Made by a program: the position numbers and the translations under genes | Source of the DNA: Sandaracinaceae bacterium | Lineage (GTDB): Bacteria; Myxococcota_A; Polyangia; Polyangiales; Sandaracinaceae | DNA length: 64,000 nucleotides | Direction of reading: 5' to 3' | Assembly (NCBI GenBank): GCA_044220955.1 | Contig: JBGAQA010000001.1 | Span: 1-64,000 of the forward strand | The notes under the pieces: model-generated | Seen by the model: only the letters and a program-made list of their open reading frames with translations | What the model was told of the DNA's origin: nothing | Databases searched by the model: none | In this document: positions 9,591-21,414 of the stretch, piece by piece | How positions within the stretch are numbered: the stretch's first letter is position 1 | Layout of the letters: each line of letters starts with the position of its first letter

Positions 9591-10083
9591 ATGGCCCTGC
9601 AACGACACGCCGCCCTCGCCCCTTTCTCTCGCGACCACCACCTCGCGCTCCAGCTCGCGCGTGCGATCCAGATCGGTGGCTCGCGACACCTGCGCGACGG
9701 GCTCCCTCGGGACCGAGCGGCGCTCGTCGCGCACGTACGCCGGGTGTTCGCCGAGGAGCTCGAGCCGCACTTCGGCGCCGAGGAGACCGTGCTGCTGCCC
9801 GCGGTCGCCGGCCGATCGGAAGCGCTCGACGCGCTCGCGCGCGCGATCGTCGCCGAGCACGTGCAGATGCGCGCGGCGCTCGACGCGCTCACCGACCGCG
9901 AGGCGTCTGCCGCCGCGGTGGACGCGCTCCTCGACGCGCTCGGCCGGCAGCTCGAGGCGCACGTCCGCAAGGAGGAGCGCGAGCTCTACGAGCAGATCCA
10001 GGCCGTCCTCGACGAGCCGGCCCTCGCCCGGATCTCGCTGCGGGTCGAGCGGCACCTCGGGGCTCGCAAGCCGGGCGCGCCGT

Positions 10084-10100
<17 letters not shown>
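9591..10100 (+). CDS. Hemerythrin (HHE) domain protein
   Basis: SRDHH...HFGAEE...EH...HVRKEE di-iron ligand pattern. Confidence 0.85.
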
Positions 10101-11034
<934 letters not shown>

Positions 11035-11073
11035 CCCGCACACGTCGCAGACGTCCTGGGCCGGGCCCCCACG

Positions 11074-11099
11074 ATGTTCCATATGTTCCATCATGGAAC
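11074..11099. promoter_or_regulatory. Inverted/direct repeat, candidate enhancer (UAS) for the ric promoter
   Basis: Perfect palindrome GTTCCAT-C-ATGGAAC (11085-11099) plus tandem ATGTTCCAT x2, in an AT-richer patch upstream of the -24/-12 element. Confidence 0.5.
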
Positions 11100-11141
11100 G
11101 CCGGCGAGCTGCGCGCCACCGTCGCGCGCGGGTGCAGAGCG

Positions 11142-11157
11142 CGGCACGCCCCGTGCG
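11142..11157 (+). promoter_or_regulatory. Sigma54 -24/-12 promoter of ric
   Basis: CGGCACG-CCCC-GTGCG (GG 11143-44, GC 11155-56), followed by SD AAGGAG and ATG 11188. Confidence 0.6.
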
Positions 11158-11187
11158 TAGGTGCATGGCACCGTGAAGGAGCCCGCC

Positions 11188-11859
11188 ATGATCGACTCAC
11201 AGCAGACCGTCGCCAGCCTCGTCCTCGACCACTCGGAGTGCGCCGCCGTCTTCAAGCGCCACCGCATCGACTTCTGCTGCCGTGGCGACGTCAGCATCGC
11301 GGCCACCTGCGCCGAGAAGGGGCTCGACACGGGCGCGCTCGTCGACGAGCTCTCGCGCGCGATCGCGGAGCGCAAGGGAGATGGCAGCGATCCCCGCGGG
11401 CTCTCGACCCCGGCCCTCGTGGGCCACATCGTGTCCAAGCACCACGAGTACCTCCGCAATGCGCTGCCCTTCGTCGCGCAGCTCGCCGCGAAGGTCAGCC
11501 GCGTCCACGGCGACCACGACCCGCGGCTACGGGAGCTCGACGCGAGCGTCGTGCGCCTCGTCGGTGCGCTCCTGCCGCACCTCGACGTCGAGGAGGAGAC
11601 CCTGTTCCCTGCGATGCTCGCCAAGCAGCCGGATCGCGCATTGCTCTCCCGCGAGCTCGGCTCGATGCAAGAGGAGCACCTCGCGGTGGGCGCGTTGCTC
11701 GAGAAGATGCGGACCGTGACCGACGGCTACGGCCTCCCGGAATGGGCCTGCAACAGCTATCGCACGCTGTTCAAGGAGCTCGAGCAGCTCGAGGGCGACG
11801 TGCACACGCACATCCACCTCGAGAACCACGTGCTGCGACCCCGCTTCGCCGCCGTCTGA
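11188..11859 (+). CDS. ric: Iron-sulfur cluster repair di-iron protein (RIC/YtfE/ScdA)
   Basis: IDFCCRG N-terminal motif, KHHEYLR, VHGDH, EEETLFP, ACNSYRTLF, HIHLENHVL. Confidence 0.95.
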   Translation: MIDSQQTVASLVLDHSECAAVFKRHRIDFCCRGDVSIAATCAEKGLDTGALVDELSRAIAERKGDGSDPRGLSTPALVGHIVSKHHEYLRNALPFVAQLAAKVSRVHGDHDPRLRELDASVVRLVGALLPHLDVEEETLFPAMLAKQPDRALLSRELGSMQEEHLAVGALLEKMRTVTDGYGLPEWACNSYRTLFKELEQLEGDVHTHIHLENHVLRPRFAAV

Positions 11860-11921
11860 CCCCACCGATCACCTGGCGTCGAGGGGGCGGGTGCTTACAT
11901 CCTCTGCGATCTCGACGACCC

Positions 11922-13256
11922 ATGCAGACGATGACGCCCCCGACGCCGGGCTCGCTCGACGTCACGATCGCGACGCTCGGCGAGCGTAAGGTCTGCTCCC
12001 CCCTCGGCCTCTCGACCGTCGCGGGGGACTGGATCGCCGACTACGTCCCCGACGACACGCGGGTGGCCTACGAGGTCGAGAGCCGCGCGGGACAGGTGTC
12101 GACGCCCTCGCTCTTCGAGAAAGCGGGCCCGCGAGAGACGATCTTCTTCGAGCCCGAGCGGACGCGCGCGGGCATCGTGACGTGCGGCGGGCTCTGCCCG
12201 GGCATCAACAACGTCGTGCGCTCGCTCGTGCTCGAGCTGCACCACAAGTACCGCGCGGCCGCGACGCTGGGGTTCCGGTACGGATACCAGGGCCTCGACC
12301 CGAGCGGGGGCCTGCCGCCGACGACGCTCACCCCGGCGGACGTGATGCACGTACACCGCCAGGGGGGCAGCGTGCTCGGCCTCTCGCGCGGCGCGCACGA
12401 CGTGGGCGTGATGGTCGACACGCTCGTCGAGCGGAAGATCGACGTGCTCTTCGCGATCGGCGGCGACGGCACGCTGCGCGGCGCGCACGCGATCGCGGGC
12501 GAGGTGAGGCGGCGCGGGCTCCCGATCGCGGTCGTGGCGATCCCCAAGACCATCGACGCCGACGTGGAGTACATCGACGAGACGTTCGGCTACCAGACCG
12601 CCGTCGACGTCGCGCGCCTCGCGGTGGACGCCGCGCACACCGAGGCGATCAGCGCGTACAACGGCGTCGGCGTCGTGAAGCTCATGGGGCGCGACGCGGG
12701 CTTCATCGCGGCGTCGGCGACGCTCGCGAGCCGCGAGGTGAACTACTGCCTCATCCCCGAGGTCCCCTTCGCGCTCGAGGGACCGAACGGCCTGCTCGCG
12801 GCGCTCGAGCGCCGGCTCGAGGCCCGGCACCACGCCCTGATCGTGGTCGCCGAGGGCTGCGCGAGCTCGCTCGTCGGCCCCGACGCCGCGCGCGACCCCT
12901 CGGGCAACCTGCGCTACGCGAGCGCGGGCCTCGACATCGGGACGCACCTGCGCGACGCGATCAGCGCGCACCTCGCCGCACGCAAGATCCCGTCGAGCGT
13001 CAAGTACATCGATCCGAGCTACATGATCCGCAGCGTCCCGGCGAACGCGCACGACGCCATCTTCTGCGACGCGCTCGCGCGCAACGCCGTGCACGCGGCG
13101 ATGGCCGGCAAGACCGACCTCGTCATCGGCACGGTGCACGGCACGTTCACGCACCTGCCGCTCGCGCTCGTGACGGGCAAGCGCAAGCAGGTGAACCCCG
13201 ACGGGGCGCTCTGGCTCTCCGTCACGGAGGCCACCGGCCAGCCGCCGCTGCGCTGA
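11922..13256 (+). CDS. pfkA: ATP-dependent 6-phosphofructokinase (group X type)
   Basis: GIVTCGGLCPGIN, IGGDGT, PKTIDAD, KLMGRDAGFIA, KYIDPSYMIRS; ATG 11922 inside ORF 11238..13256. Confidence 0.93.
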   Translation: MQTMTPPTPGSLDVTIATLGERKVCSPLGLSTVAGDWIADYVPDDTRVAYEVESRAGQVSTPSLFEKAGPRETIFFEPERTRAGIVTCGGLCPGINNVVRSLVLELHHKYRAAATLGFRYGYQGLDPSGGLPPTTLTPADVMHVHRQGGSVLGLSRGAHDVGVMVDTLVERKIDVLFAIGGDGTLRGAHAIAGEVRRRGLPIAVVAIPKTIDADVEYIDETFGYQTAVDVARLAVDAAHTEAISAYNGVGVVKLMGRDAGFIAASATLASREVNYCLIPEVPFALEGPNGLLAALERRLEARHHALIVVAEGCASSLVGPDAARDPSGNLRYASAGLDIGTHLRDAISAHLAARKIPSSVKYIDPSYMIRSVPANAHDAIFCDALARNAVHAAMAGKTDLVIGTVHGTFTHLPLALVTGKRKQVNPDGALWLSVTEATGQPPLR

Positions 13257-13275
13257 GGACGCGAGCGGACGGGGA

Positions 13276-13335
13276 CGCTCTCGCTCTCGCTCTCGCTCTC
13301 GCTCTCGCTCTCGCTCTCGCCTCTCGCTCTCGCTC
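13276..13335 (+). repeat. Hexanucleotide tandem repeat (CGCTCT) x about 10, one unit with a 1-nt insertion
   Basis: Read directly; lies between the convergent pfkA and FAD oxidoreductase stops. Confidence 0.95.
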
Positions 13336-14890
13336 ATCCCCCCGCCGCGATCGCCCTCGCCACGCGTATCCCGTCGAGCGCCGCGCTCACGATTCCTCCC
13401 GCGTACCCCGCCCCCTCGCCGCACGGATACAGCCGCGCGATCCCGACGCACTCGAGCGAGCGCGGATCGCGCGGCGTGCGCACGGGGGCGCTGGTGCGCG
13501 ACTCCGTGGCGACGAGCACCGCGTCGCTGGACGCGTAGCCGCGCACGCGGCGGTCGAACACGCGCAGGGCGCTCCGGACACGCTCGGCGATCGGCAGGCC
13601 CGCCACGTCGAGCACGCTGCCGACGTCGGCCGGGGTCACGCCGGGGATGTAGCTCGTCTCGGGGACGCTCTGGCTCGCGCGGCGCGCCACGAAGTCGCTC
13701 GCGCGGGTCGCCGGCGCGCGCATGGCGCCGCCGCCCGCCTCGAACGCGGCGCGCTCGATCCTCCGCTGCAGCTCCACGCCGCCGAGCGGGCCCGAGAAGC
13801 CGGCGCGCTCCCAGTCGGCGGGCTCGATCCCCACGACGAGCCCCGAGTTCGCGAAGGGCGAGTCGCGCCGGCTCAGGCTCATGCCGTTGACGACGAGCGC
13901 ACCGTTCTCGGTCGACGCCGGGACGATCCAGCCGCCCGGACACATGCAGAACGAGAACACGCCCTGCTCCGCGAGGCGGTACGCGGCGTTCGGCAGCTTC
14001 GGGTGGTCGGCCTCGCGGCCGTACTGCGCGCGGTTCACGAGCGACTGCGGGTGCTCGATGCGCACGCCGAGCGCGAACGCCTTGGGCTCGAGCGGGACGC
14101 CGGCGGCGAGCAGCATGAGGAACACGTCGCGCGCCGAGTGCCCCGTCGCGAGCACGACCGCGCGCCCCTCGAGCCTGCGGCCGTCCGCCACCTCGACGCC
14201 GCGCACCACGCCGCCGGCCACGGCCAGCTTCACGACCCGCGCGCCCATCTCGAAGCGCACGCCGACGCTCTCGAGCGACTCGCGCATGGCCGTGACGACG
14301 CGCGGCAGCTTGTTCGACCCGATGTGCGGGCGCGCGTCCACGAGGATCTCCTCGGGCGCGCCGGCGAGGGCGAGCGTCTCGAGGACGTCGCGCGGATCGC
14401 CGCGCTTCTCGGCCCGCGTGTAGAGCTTGCCGTCGCTGTAGGTGCCGGCGCCGCCCTCGCCGAAGCAGTAGTTGCTGTCGGGGTCGACCTCACCCCGCTT
14501 CTGGAGCGCCGCGAGGTCGTGGCGCCGCGGCTGCACGGTCTTGCCCCGCTCGAGGACGATCGACGCGATCCCGGCGCGCGCCAGCTCGTGCGCACAGAAG
14601 AGCCCCGCGGGCCCGTCGCCGACGATCAGGACCGGCTCCCCCGTCACCTCCCGCAGCGGTGGACGATCGGGCGACAGACGCGGCACCTGCCCGATCGCGA
14701 CCGCGAGGTGGAACACCACGCGCTGCCCCCGCGCGTCGATGGCGCGGCGCAGGATCGTCAGGGGAGGCAGCGCGTCGGGCGGCCGGCCGAGGATCCGGGC
14801 CACGCGCCGGCGCAGCGCCTCGGTGTCGTCGAGCTCGTCGAGCGGCACGTCGAGCTCGACGCGGTCCTTTCGCGAAGAAGGCGGCGCCAC
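13334..14890 (-). CDS. Uncharacterised FAD-dependent oxidoreductase (COG2509-like)
   Basis: IVGDGPAGLF, FGEGGAGTYSDGKL, FCMCPGG, GEGAGYAGGIVSAA. Probable start GTG 14890. Confidence 0.9.
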   Translation of the reverse strand: MAPPSSRKDRVELDVPLDELDDTEALRRRVARILGRPPDALPPLTILRRAIDARGQRVVFHLAVAIGQVPRLSPDRPPLREVTGEPVLIVGDGPAGLFCAHELARAGIASIVLERGKTVQPRRHDLAALQKRGEVDPDSNYCFGEGGAGTYSDGKLYTRAEKRGDPRDVLETLALAGAPEEILVDARPHIGSNKLPRVVTAMRESLESVGVRFEMGARVVKLAVAGGVVRGVEVADGRRLEGRAVVLATGHSARDVFLMLLAAGVPLEPKAFALGVRIEHPQSLVNRAQYGREADHPKLPNAAYRLAEQGVFSFCMCPGGWIVPASTENGALVVNGMSLSRRDSPFANSGLVVGIEPADWERAGFSGPLGGVELQRRIERAAFEAGGGAMRAPATRASDFVARRASQSVPETSYIPGVTPADVGSVLDVAGLPIAERVRSALRVFDRRVRGYASSDAVLVATESRTSAPVRTPRDPRSLECVGIARLYPCGEGAGYAGGIVSAALDGIRVARAIAAGG

Positions 14891-14961
14891 GCGCGCACTG
14901 TAGACCGCGCGCCACCGAGGCGCTGGACGAAGCACCTCGATTCGGGGTTAGCTCTCGGCCC

Positions 14962-15534
14962 ATGTTCGCTCGCCGCCAATGCTCGATCTCGATCCCCGTG
15001 CTCGCCGCGCTGGTCCTCGGGGGCTGTTGCTTCGCAGGTCGGGGCGCCGGGGGCGCCGACGCCGCCGCGAGCGCGCCCGCCTTCGACCCAGCCCACGCGG
15101 GCGAGGGCGCGCTGCCGACGCCCGCGCTCTCGTTCGCGGGCGTGGACCCGCCCTACCCGGATCCGCTCGCCGCGCGCGGAACGCAGGGCGCCATCGTGCG
15201 CTCCGGCAGCGCGACCGTGCGGACGATCAGCGGCAACCTGCCTGGCGTCACGACCGGCACCGTCTGCTCGTACGCGGAGTACCGGATCGTCGGCAGCACC
15301 CTCGACTGCCGCTGGAACGTGAGCTGCGGCGGCTACGTGCTCTACGGCCTCGCCACGGGCGGCTACCAGCACTGCGAGGATCCGACGTGGCCGCCGGGCA
15401 CGCTCATGTTCGATCCGAACACGTCGCGCATCGACACCGACCCGAGCTTCATCTTCAACGCGGGCGGGCTCTCGGTCAGCGACGACGCCGCGGGCCGCCT
15501 CGGTGCCTTCACGGTCACGCTCGGTGTTCCCTGA
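14962..15534 (+). CDS. Hypothetical lipoprotein
   Basis: MFARR...LAALVLGGC lipobox followed by a Cys-containing globular domain. Confidence 0.7.
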   Translation: MFARRQCSISIPVLAALVLGGCCFAGRGAGGADAAASAPAFDPAHAGEGALPTPALSFAGVDPPYPDPLAARGTQGAIVRSGSATVRTISGNLPGVTTGTVCSYAEYRIVGSTLDCRWNVSCGGYVLYGLATGGYQHCEDPTWPPGTLMFDPNTSRIDTDPSFIFNAGGLSVSDDAAGRLGAFTVTLGVP

Positions 15535-15661
15535 GGCTCGGCGTTCCGTGAGCTCGTGGTCGTGCCGGCGCTCCTGATCGCACGGTTGCGGCAGGTGAAT
15601 GGAGCAGGAGCCCCGTGCGTTGAAAGAGGGAGCGCCCCCCGCTAATTCAGACGCACCCCGA

Positions 15662-16378
15662 ATGGTCACCCGCATGCCCGCCCGCCTCGGACCCCTCCTC
15701 CTGCTCGCGCTGGCGCTGACCTCGCTCGCGGCCCCCACGCGCGCGCAGGACGTGGACGCGGGCCCGGCGAGCGCCGCGCAGGTCGCGTCGTCGGTCCAGT
15801 CGTTCTACGACGCGACGACCTCGGTGGAGGCGGACTTCCAGCAGTTCTTCTGGACGCGCGTGTACTCGCGCACGGACTCGTCGCGTGGGCGCCTGCGGAT
15901 CGCGCGACCGGGGCGCATCCGCTTCGACTACACCGAGCCGAGCGGCAAGATCGTGGTCGGCAGCGGCGATCAGTTCACGTACTTCGAGCCGGGCGACGAC
16001 GGCACGGCCGGCCAGTACTACCGCGCGACCACGGACGTCGCGTCGCGCGCGCTCGGATTCCTCACGGGCACCTCACGCCTCGACCGCGACTTCAACTTCG
16101 CGCTGCGCGCGAGCACGACCGGCCCGGCCCACACGGCCTGTCTCGAGCTGCGCCCGCGCGCGCCGGACCCGCACTACACGCGCATCCGCCTCTACGTCTC
16201 GACCGAGCCCGCGACGCGCGGCGCGGTGATGCAGGTCGCCATCGAGGACGGCGACGGCAACTGGAACACGTTCCGCTTCTCCAACTTCCACTTCAACCGC
16301 GAGCTCGACGCGAGCACGTTCGAGTACACGCCCCCCGAGGGTGCGCGCGAGATCACCGCGCCGACCTCGACGCACTGA
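15662..16378 (+). CDS. lolA: Outer-membrane lipoprotein carrier protein LolA
   Basis: Signal peptide; ADFQQ...GRLRIARPGRIRFDYTEP...FEYTPPEGA. Start approximate (15662 or 15674). Confidence 0.88.
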   Translation: MVTRMPARLGPLLLLALALTSLAAPTRAQDVDAGPASAAQVASSVQSFYDATTSVEADFQQFFWTRVYSRTDSSRGRLRIARPGRIRFDYTEPSGKIVVGSGDQFTYFEPGDDGTAGQYYRATTDVASRALGFLTGTSRLDRDFNFALRASTTGPAHTACLELRPRAPDPHYTRIRLYVSTEPATRGAVMQVAIEDGDGNWNTFRFSNFHFNRELDASTFEYTPPEGAREITAPTSTH

Positions 16379-16432
16379 ACTGACGAGCGGTCCCGAGATC
16401 GGGACGGCTCGGCCCTGACGAGGAGCGGCGCC

Positions 16433-16759
16433 TTGGCCCCACCTGCACCGCGGCTCGTGCTCGACCCCGATCGCACGGTCGTCATCGCGCAGGGGGACGA
16501 GCGCCAGCGCGTCGAGGGGCTGCGGCTGCCTGCCTTCGAGAAGACGCCGGACGGCACCGAGGTGTGGGCCGCCGTGACGCTCTCGATCGAGGCCGACGGC
16601 GCGTGGACGCTCTCGCTGCTGCGTGCGAGCGACGACGGGTTCGGCTCCGTCGTTCTGCCCGGGGGGCGCACGCTCGTGTCGCCGGACGCGGGTCGCACCT
16701 GGCATGCCGGCGGTCCGGGCCGCGGGGTGGCGGTGGCGACGCTCTCGAACGAACGCTGA
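16433..16759 (+). CDS. Small hypothetical protein (108 aa)
   Basis: TTG start with SD GAGGAG; beta-rich natural composition. Confidence 0.5.
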   Translation: MAPPAPRLVLDPDRTVVIAQGDERQRVEGLRLPAFEKTPDGTEVWAAVTLSIEADGAWTLSLLRASDDGFGSVVLPGGRTLVSPDAGRTWHAGGPGRGVAVATLSNER

Positions 16760-16772
16760 CGACCCAGCTGGG

Positions 16773-19067
16773 TCAGGGCTCGGAGTCGAGCGCCGGCACG
16801 TCGCTCGGGGGAGGCGTCGTCGCGCCGCGGGGCGCGGGCAGCGTCGACTCGTGCGTGACGGGCGTGTCCGTCTCGGTCGCCGGCGGGGGCGCCTCGTGCG
16901 TCTCCTCGTGCGTCGTCGGGGCGGCGCCGCCACCGTGCGCGCCCTGGGCGCGGAGCAGGTCGGCCTGACGACGCGCGATGGTCGCCTCCGGGCCGCTCGG
17001 AAGGCGCGCGAGATACGCCTCGTAGGCCTCGAGCGCGTGGTCGAAGTCGTGCATCTGACGATAGGCCGAGCCGAGGCCGATGTACGCGTGCCCGTAGCCC
17101 GCCGACGAAGCCTGCCGGAAGTACGTCAGCGAGCCCGAGGCGTTGCCCGCGTCGAGGAGCACGAACCCCATGCCGGTGAGCGCCTCGCTGCCGCCGGGAC
17201 GCTGGCGGAGCGCGGCCTCGTAGAGCGGACGCGCGCGCTCGGCGTGATCGTTCTCGAGCTGCTGGTCGGCCTGGTGCACGAGCGTCTCGTAGTCACCGTG
17301 GGGGCTGCCCCCGCCGGTGGCGGGCGGCGGCGTGTCGTGCTCGTCGGCGTCGAGCTCTCCGCTCGGCGCGATGCCGGTCGCGCTCGTCGGCGGTGGGGGC
17401 ACGACCTCCGTCGTCGTCGTCGGTGGCGGCGGCGCCGCGGCGCCCGCGTCGAGCATCACCACCGCGCCACCGGCGGCGGCGATGCGGTCGCGCAGCGCCG
17501 TGGCGTCGGGATGGTGCGCGTCCCGATCGAGGACGGCCTGCACCTGCGCCCGCGCGGCCGACGTGTTGCCCGCCGCGAGCTGCGCCCGGGCGAGCAAGAG
17601 CCGCGCGCGGAGCATCCCCGGATCTTCGGCCACGGCCCGCTCGGCGGTCTCGACCGCGGCCGCGAGCCCGCCACCGCGCTGGGCCTCGAGCAGCGCGCGC
17701 ACGCGCAGCGCCTCGGCGGAGGGCGTCGTCGCCAGCGTGAGCGCGCGATCGAGGCGCGACTGCGCGTTCGCATCGCCCGCCAAGCGCAGAGCGTCGGCGA
17801 GAGCGACCTCGGCGTCGGCGCCGTCTTGCTGTCGGATCGCGCTCTCCGCGTGCTCGCGGGCGTCCTCGGCGTCGCTGGCCGCCTGGCGCCGGAGCGCCGC
17901 GGCTTCACCCGCCGCAGCCGGCTCGGTCGCCGCACGCGCCTCGAGCTCCTCGGCGGCGAAGATCCGGTTCTGCGCGAGCAGCGCGTGCGCGCGCGAGAGC
18001 CCCGTCAGCACGCGCGCGTCGTGCTCGTCGAGCGCGAGCGCCTTCGTGTAGAAGCTCGCCGCGTCCTCGTACGCATCGTCGCGATCGCGCGCGACCGCCT
18101 CGTCACCCTGCGCGAGGAACTGCGCTCCGGGCGCCGCGGCAGGGGTGCCGGCCATCATGCGCTGGATCGTCGGCCAGCCGAAGTAGCCGCCGACGCCGAT
18201 CGCGGCGAGGAGCACCACCCCGAGGAACACGCCCGTGTAGCTGCGCTGCGGGGGCGACGGGATGTCGTCGTCGTCGTCGTCGTCGACCCGCAGCCGCTCG
18301 CGCGCCTGCGGCCGTGGCATGCGATCGGTGGGCTCGCCCCGCTGAGGCGACGGGCGCGCCATGCGATGCGACGAGTCCGCGCGGCGGGGTGCCGGCGGCT
18401 CCTCTGCGGCCTCGCGCGCGGGCGGCGGGGCCGGGGGCTGGTAGGGGGCCTCGCGCGTCGGCGGCGGGCGGACCGACGCAGGACGCCGCGGCGGCGGCGG
18501 GTCGGACGGCGGCGGGGGCGACATGTTGCGCAGCGTCTCGGCCGGCGCGGGCGGCACCATGCCCTGCGGGATCTCCATCGTGCGGCCGGTCGGGTCGACC
18601 GGGTCGCGCGCGGGACTCTGCCCCATGCCGAGCATCGTGCCCTTGCCGCGGGGCTGCGGCCCGGGCGGACGCGGAGGAGCGGCGGGCGCCGCGGGCCGCG
18701 CCGACGGCGGCGGCGGACGCACGGACTTGGGCTTGGCGGCCGCGAAGAACGTGGCCAGCTCCGCGATGTCGCCGAGCCGCTTCTGTCCGTCCCCCGCGCG
18801 CGAGATCCGATCGTCCGCGGTGACCTCACCGGCGGTGATCAAGCGCTGCAGCTCCTTCAGGGATGCGATCTGCTGCGTGCCGCCCCCGGTGGTCTCGAGC
18901 GTCCAGCTCCGCGAGCTCTCCGGCGGCGCCGCGTTCGGCTCCGAGCCGGGCCGGAACACCTTGAAGAGGTGTCCGCAGTTGGTGCACTTGACCGTGGTTC
19001 CGCGGTCCGAGACGAGCGTCTCGTCGAACTCGTACTCGGTGCCGCAACGCTCGCAGGTGACGTCCAT
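16773..19067 (-). CDS. MJ0042-type zinc-ribbon / GYF-like / Pro-rich linker / TM / TPR membrane protein
   Basis: MDVTCERCGTEY...VKCTNCGHLFKV zinc ribbon; SLKELQRLITAGEVTADD GYF_2-like segment; TM GVFLGVVLLAAIGVGGYFGW; helical repeats after the TM. Confidence 0.85.
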   Translation of the reverse strand: MDVTCERCGTEYEFDETLVSDRGTTVKCTNCGHLFKVFRPGSEPNAAPPESSRSWTLETTGGGTQQIASLKELQRLITAGEVTADDRISRAGDGQKRLGDIAELATFFAAAKPKSVRPPPPSARPAAPAAPPRPPGPQPRGKGTMLGMGQSPARDPVDPTGRTMEIPQGMVPPAPAETLRNMSPPPPSDPPPPRRPASVRPPPTREAPYQPPAPPPAREAAEEPPAPRRADSSHRMARPSPQRGEPTDRMPRPQARERLRVDDDDDDDIPSPPQRSYTGVFLGVVLLAAIGVGGYFGWPTIQRMMAGTPAAAPGAQFLAQGDEAVARDRDDAYEDAASFYTKALALDEHDARVLTGLSRAHALLAQNRIFAAEELEARAATEPAAAGEAAALRRQAASDAEDAREHAESAIRQQDGADAEVALADALRLAGDANAQSRLDRALTLATTPSAEALRVRALLEAQRGGGLAAAVETAERAVAEDPGMLRARLLLARAQLAAGNTSAARAQVQAVLDRDAHHPDATALRDRIAAAGGAVVMLDAGAAAPPPPTTTTEVVPPPPTSATGIAPSGELDADEHDTPPPATGGGSPHGDYETLVHQADQQLENDHAERARPLYEAALRQRPGGSEALTGMGFVLLDAGNASGSLTYFRQASSAGYGHAYIGLGSAYRQMHDFDHALEAYEAYLARLPSGPEATIARRQADLLRAQGAHGGGAAPTTHEETHEAPPPATETDTPVTHESTLPAPRGATTPPPSDVPALDSEP

Positions 19068-19172
19068 GGCGCAGGAAGGAGGCGAGCCTAGCAGGGAGCC
19101 GCGAAACTTGCCGGGTTTACGGCACTCGAACGGGCCGCCGGTGCGGCGCGCGGCCTGGTAGGCTCGGCCGCG

Positions 19173-20135
19173 ATGCGTGGGGCATTCGCGGCCGTCGTCT
19201 GGCTCGGGCTGGGGTGCGCGCTGGCGCCGGCGGTCGCGGGGGCGCAGGCGGCGGCCCCCCTGCCGCTCGTGGATCCGCAGCCGGAGGTGTCGCTCTACTA
19301 CCGCAGCCTCACCGCGGCGCGGGTGAACCCGCTCGGCTTCTTCGAGCTCTTCGACCTGAGCCTGCGCGCGCGCCTCTACCAGAGCGAGACCGACGCGCTC
19401 CGGCAGAACTTCGTGGGGATCGGGATGTCGGGCGGGATCAGCCCCGCGTTCGGTCGCGTGGGCGTGCTCGCGGAGGTGCAGCCGCTGACGATCCTGCGGC
19501 TCTGGGCGCTCTACGAGATCGTCGGGTACTTCTCGTCGTTCGATCTGATGGCGTCGTTTCCGAGCGCGACCTCGGCGTTCAGCGACACCGCGATCCGCGC
19601 GGGCTCCGGCGGCGGTCGGCCCGGCTACTCGACGTACGGCGGTCAGCTGACGCTGGGCGCCAACGCGCAGGTCCGCTTCGGGCCGCTGGCCGTCAGGGAC
19701 GCGCTGCGCGTGATCCGCGCGAGCTTCGGGCTGCGCGCGGGCGACCGCGTCTTCTTCGACCAGCTCTTCGACCTGCAGATTCCCAACGACGGCTGGGCCC
19801 TGAACAACGACCTCGACGTGCTCTTCATCAGCGACTTCGGTCTGATGGCCGGCGCGCGCTACACGTTCGCGACTCCCTTCAACGAGGACCGGCACTTCGC
19901 GCCCGGCGACGATCCCGCGCTCGCCGCGAACCACGTCCACCGGCTCGGCCCGATGATCGGGTACACGTTCGAGCGGCACCCGAACTCGCGCTTCGACGCG
20001 CCGATGCTGATCCTCATCGCCCAGTGGCACCTCGTACATCGCTTTCGGACCGGGGCCGACGTCGACATCGGCCTGCCCTACATCGCGCTCGCGTTCCAGT
20101 TCGTCGGCGACCTGCTGAGCTCCGAGGGGCCCTGA
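19173..20135 (+). CDS. Secreted, probably outer-membrane beta-barrel hypothetical protein
   Basis: Signal peptide; alternating aromatic/hydrophobic strands. Confidence 0.65.
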   Translation: MRGAFAAVVWLGLGCALAPAVAGAQAAAPLPLVDPQPEVSLYYRSLTAARVNPLGFFELFDLSLRARLYQSETDALRQNFVGIGMSGGISPAFGRVGVLAEVQPLTILRLWALYEIVGYFSSFDLMASFPSATSAFSDTAIRAGSGGGRPGYSTYGGQLTLGANAQVRFGPLAVRDALRVIRASFGLRAGDRVFFDQLFDLQIPNDGWALNNDLDVLFISDFGLMAGARYTFATPFNEDRHFAPGDDPALAANHVHRLGPMIGYTFERHPNSRFDAPMLILIAQWHLVHRFRTGADVDIGLPYIALAFQFVGDLLSSEGP

Positions 20136-20208
20136 GCCGGCGCGCGGCCTCTCGAGACGCGCTTCGGCGTCTGACGCGGGGCGGGCGAGCGCGCCGGACC
20201 GAGGGCGC

Positions 20209-21372
<1,164 letters not shown>

Positions 21373-21414
21373 GCGGGTTCCTTTCCGCGGTGGAGCATGA
21401 CAGACCGCGGAGGG

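Noticed and set aside
18263..18286. (GTC)n trinucleotide run
   Set aside because: Encodes the DDDDDDD linker in frame; length changes would not shift the frame.
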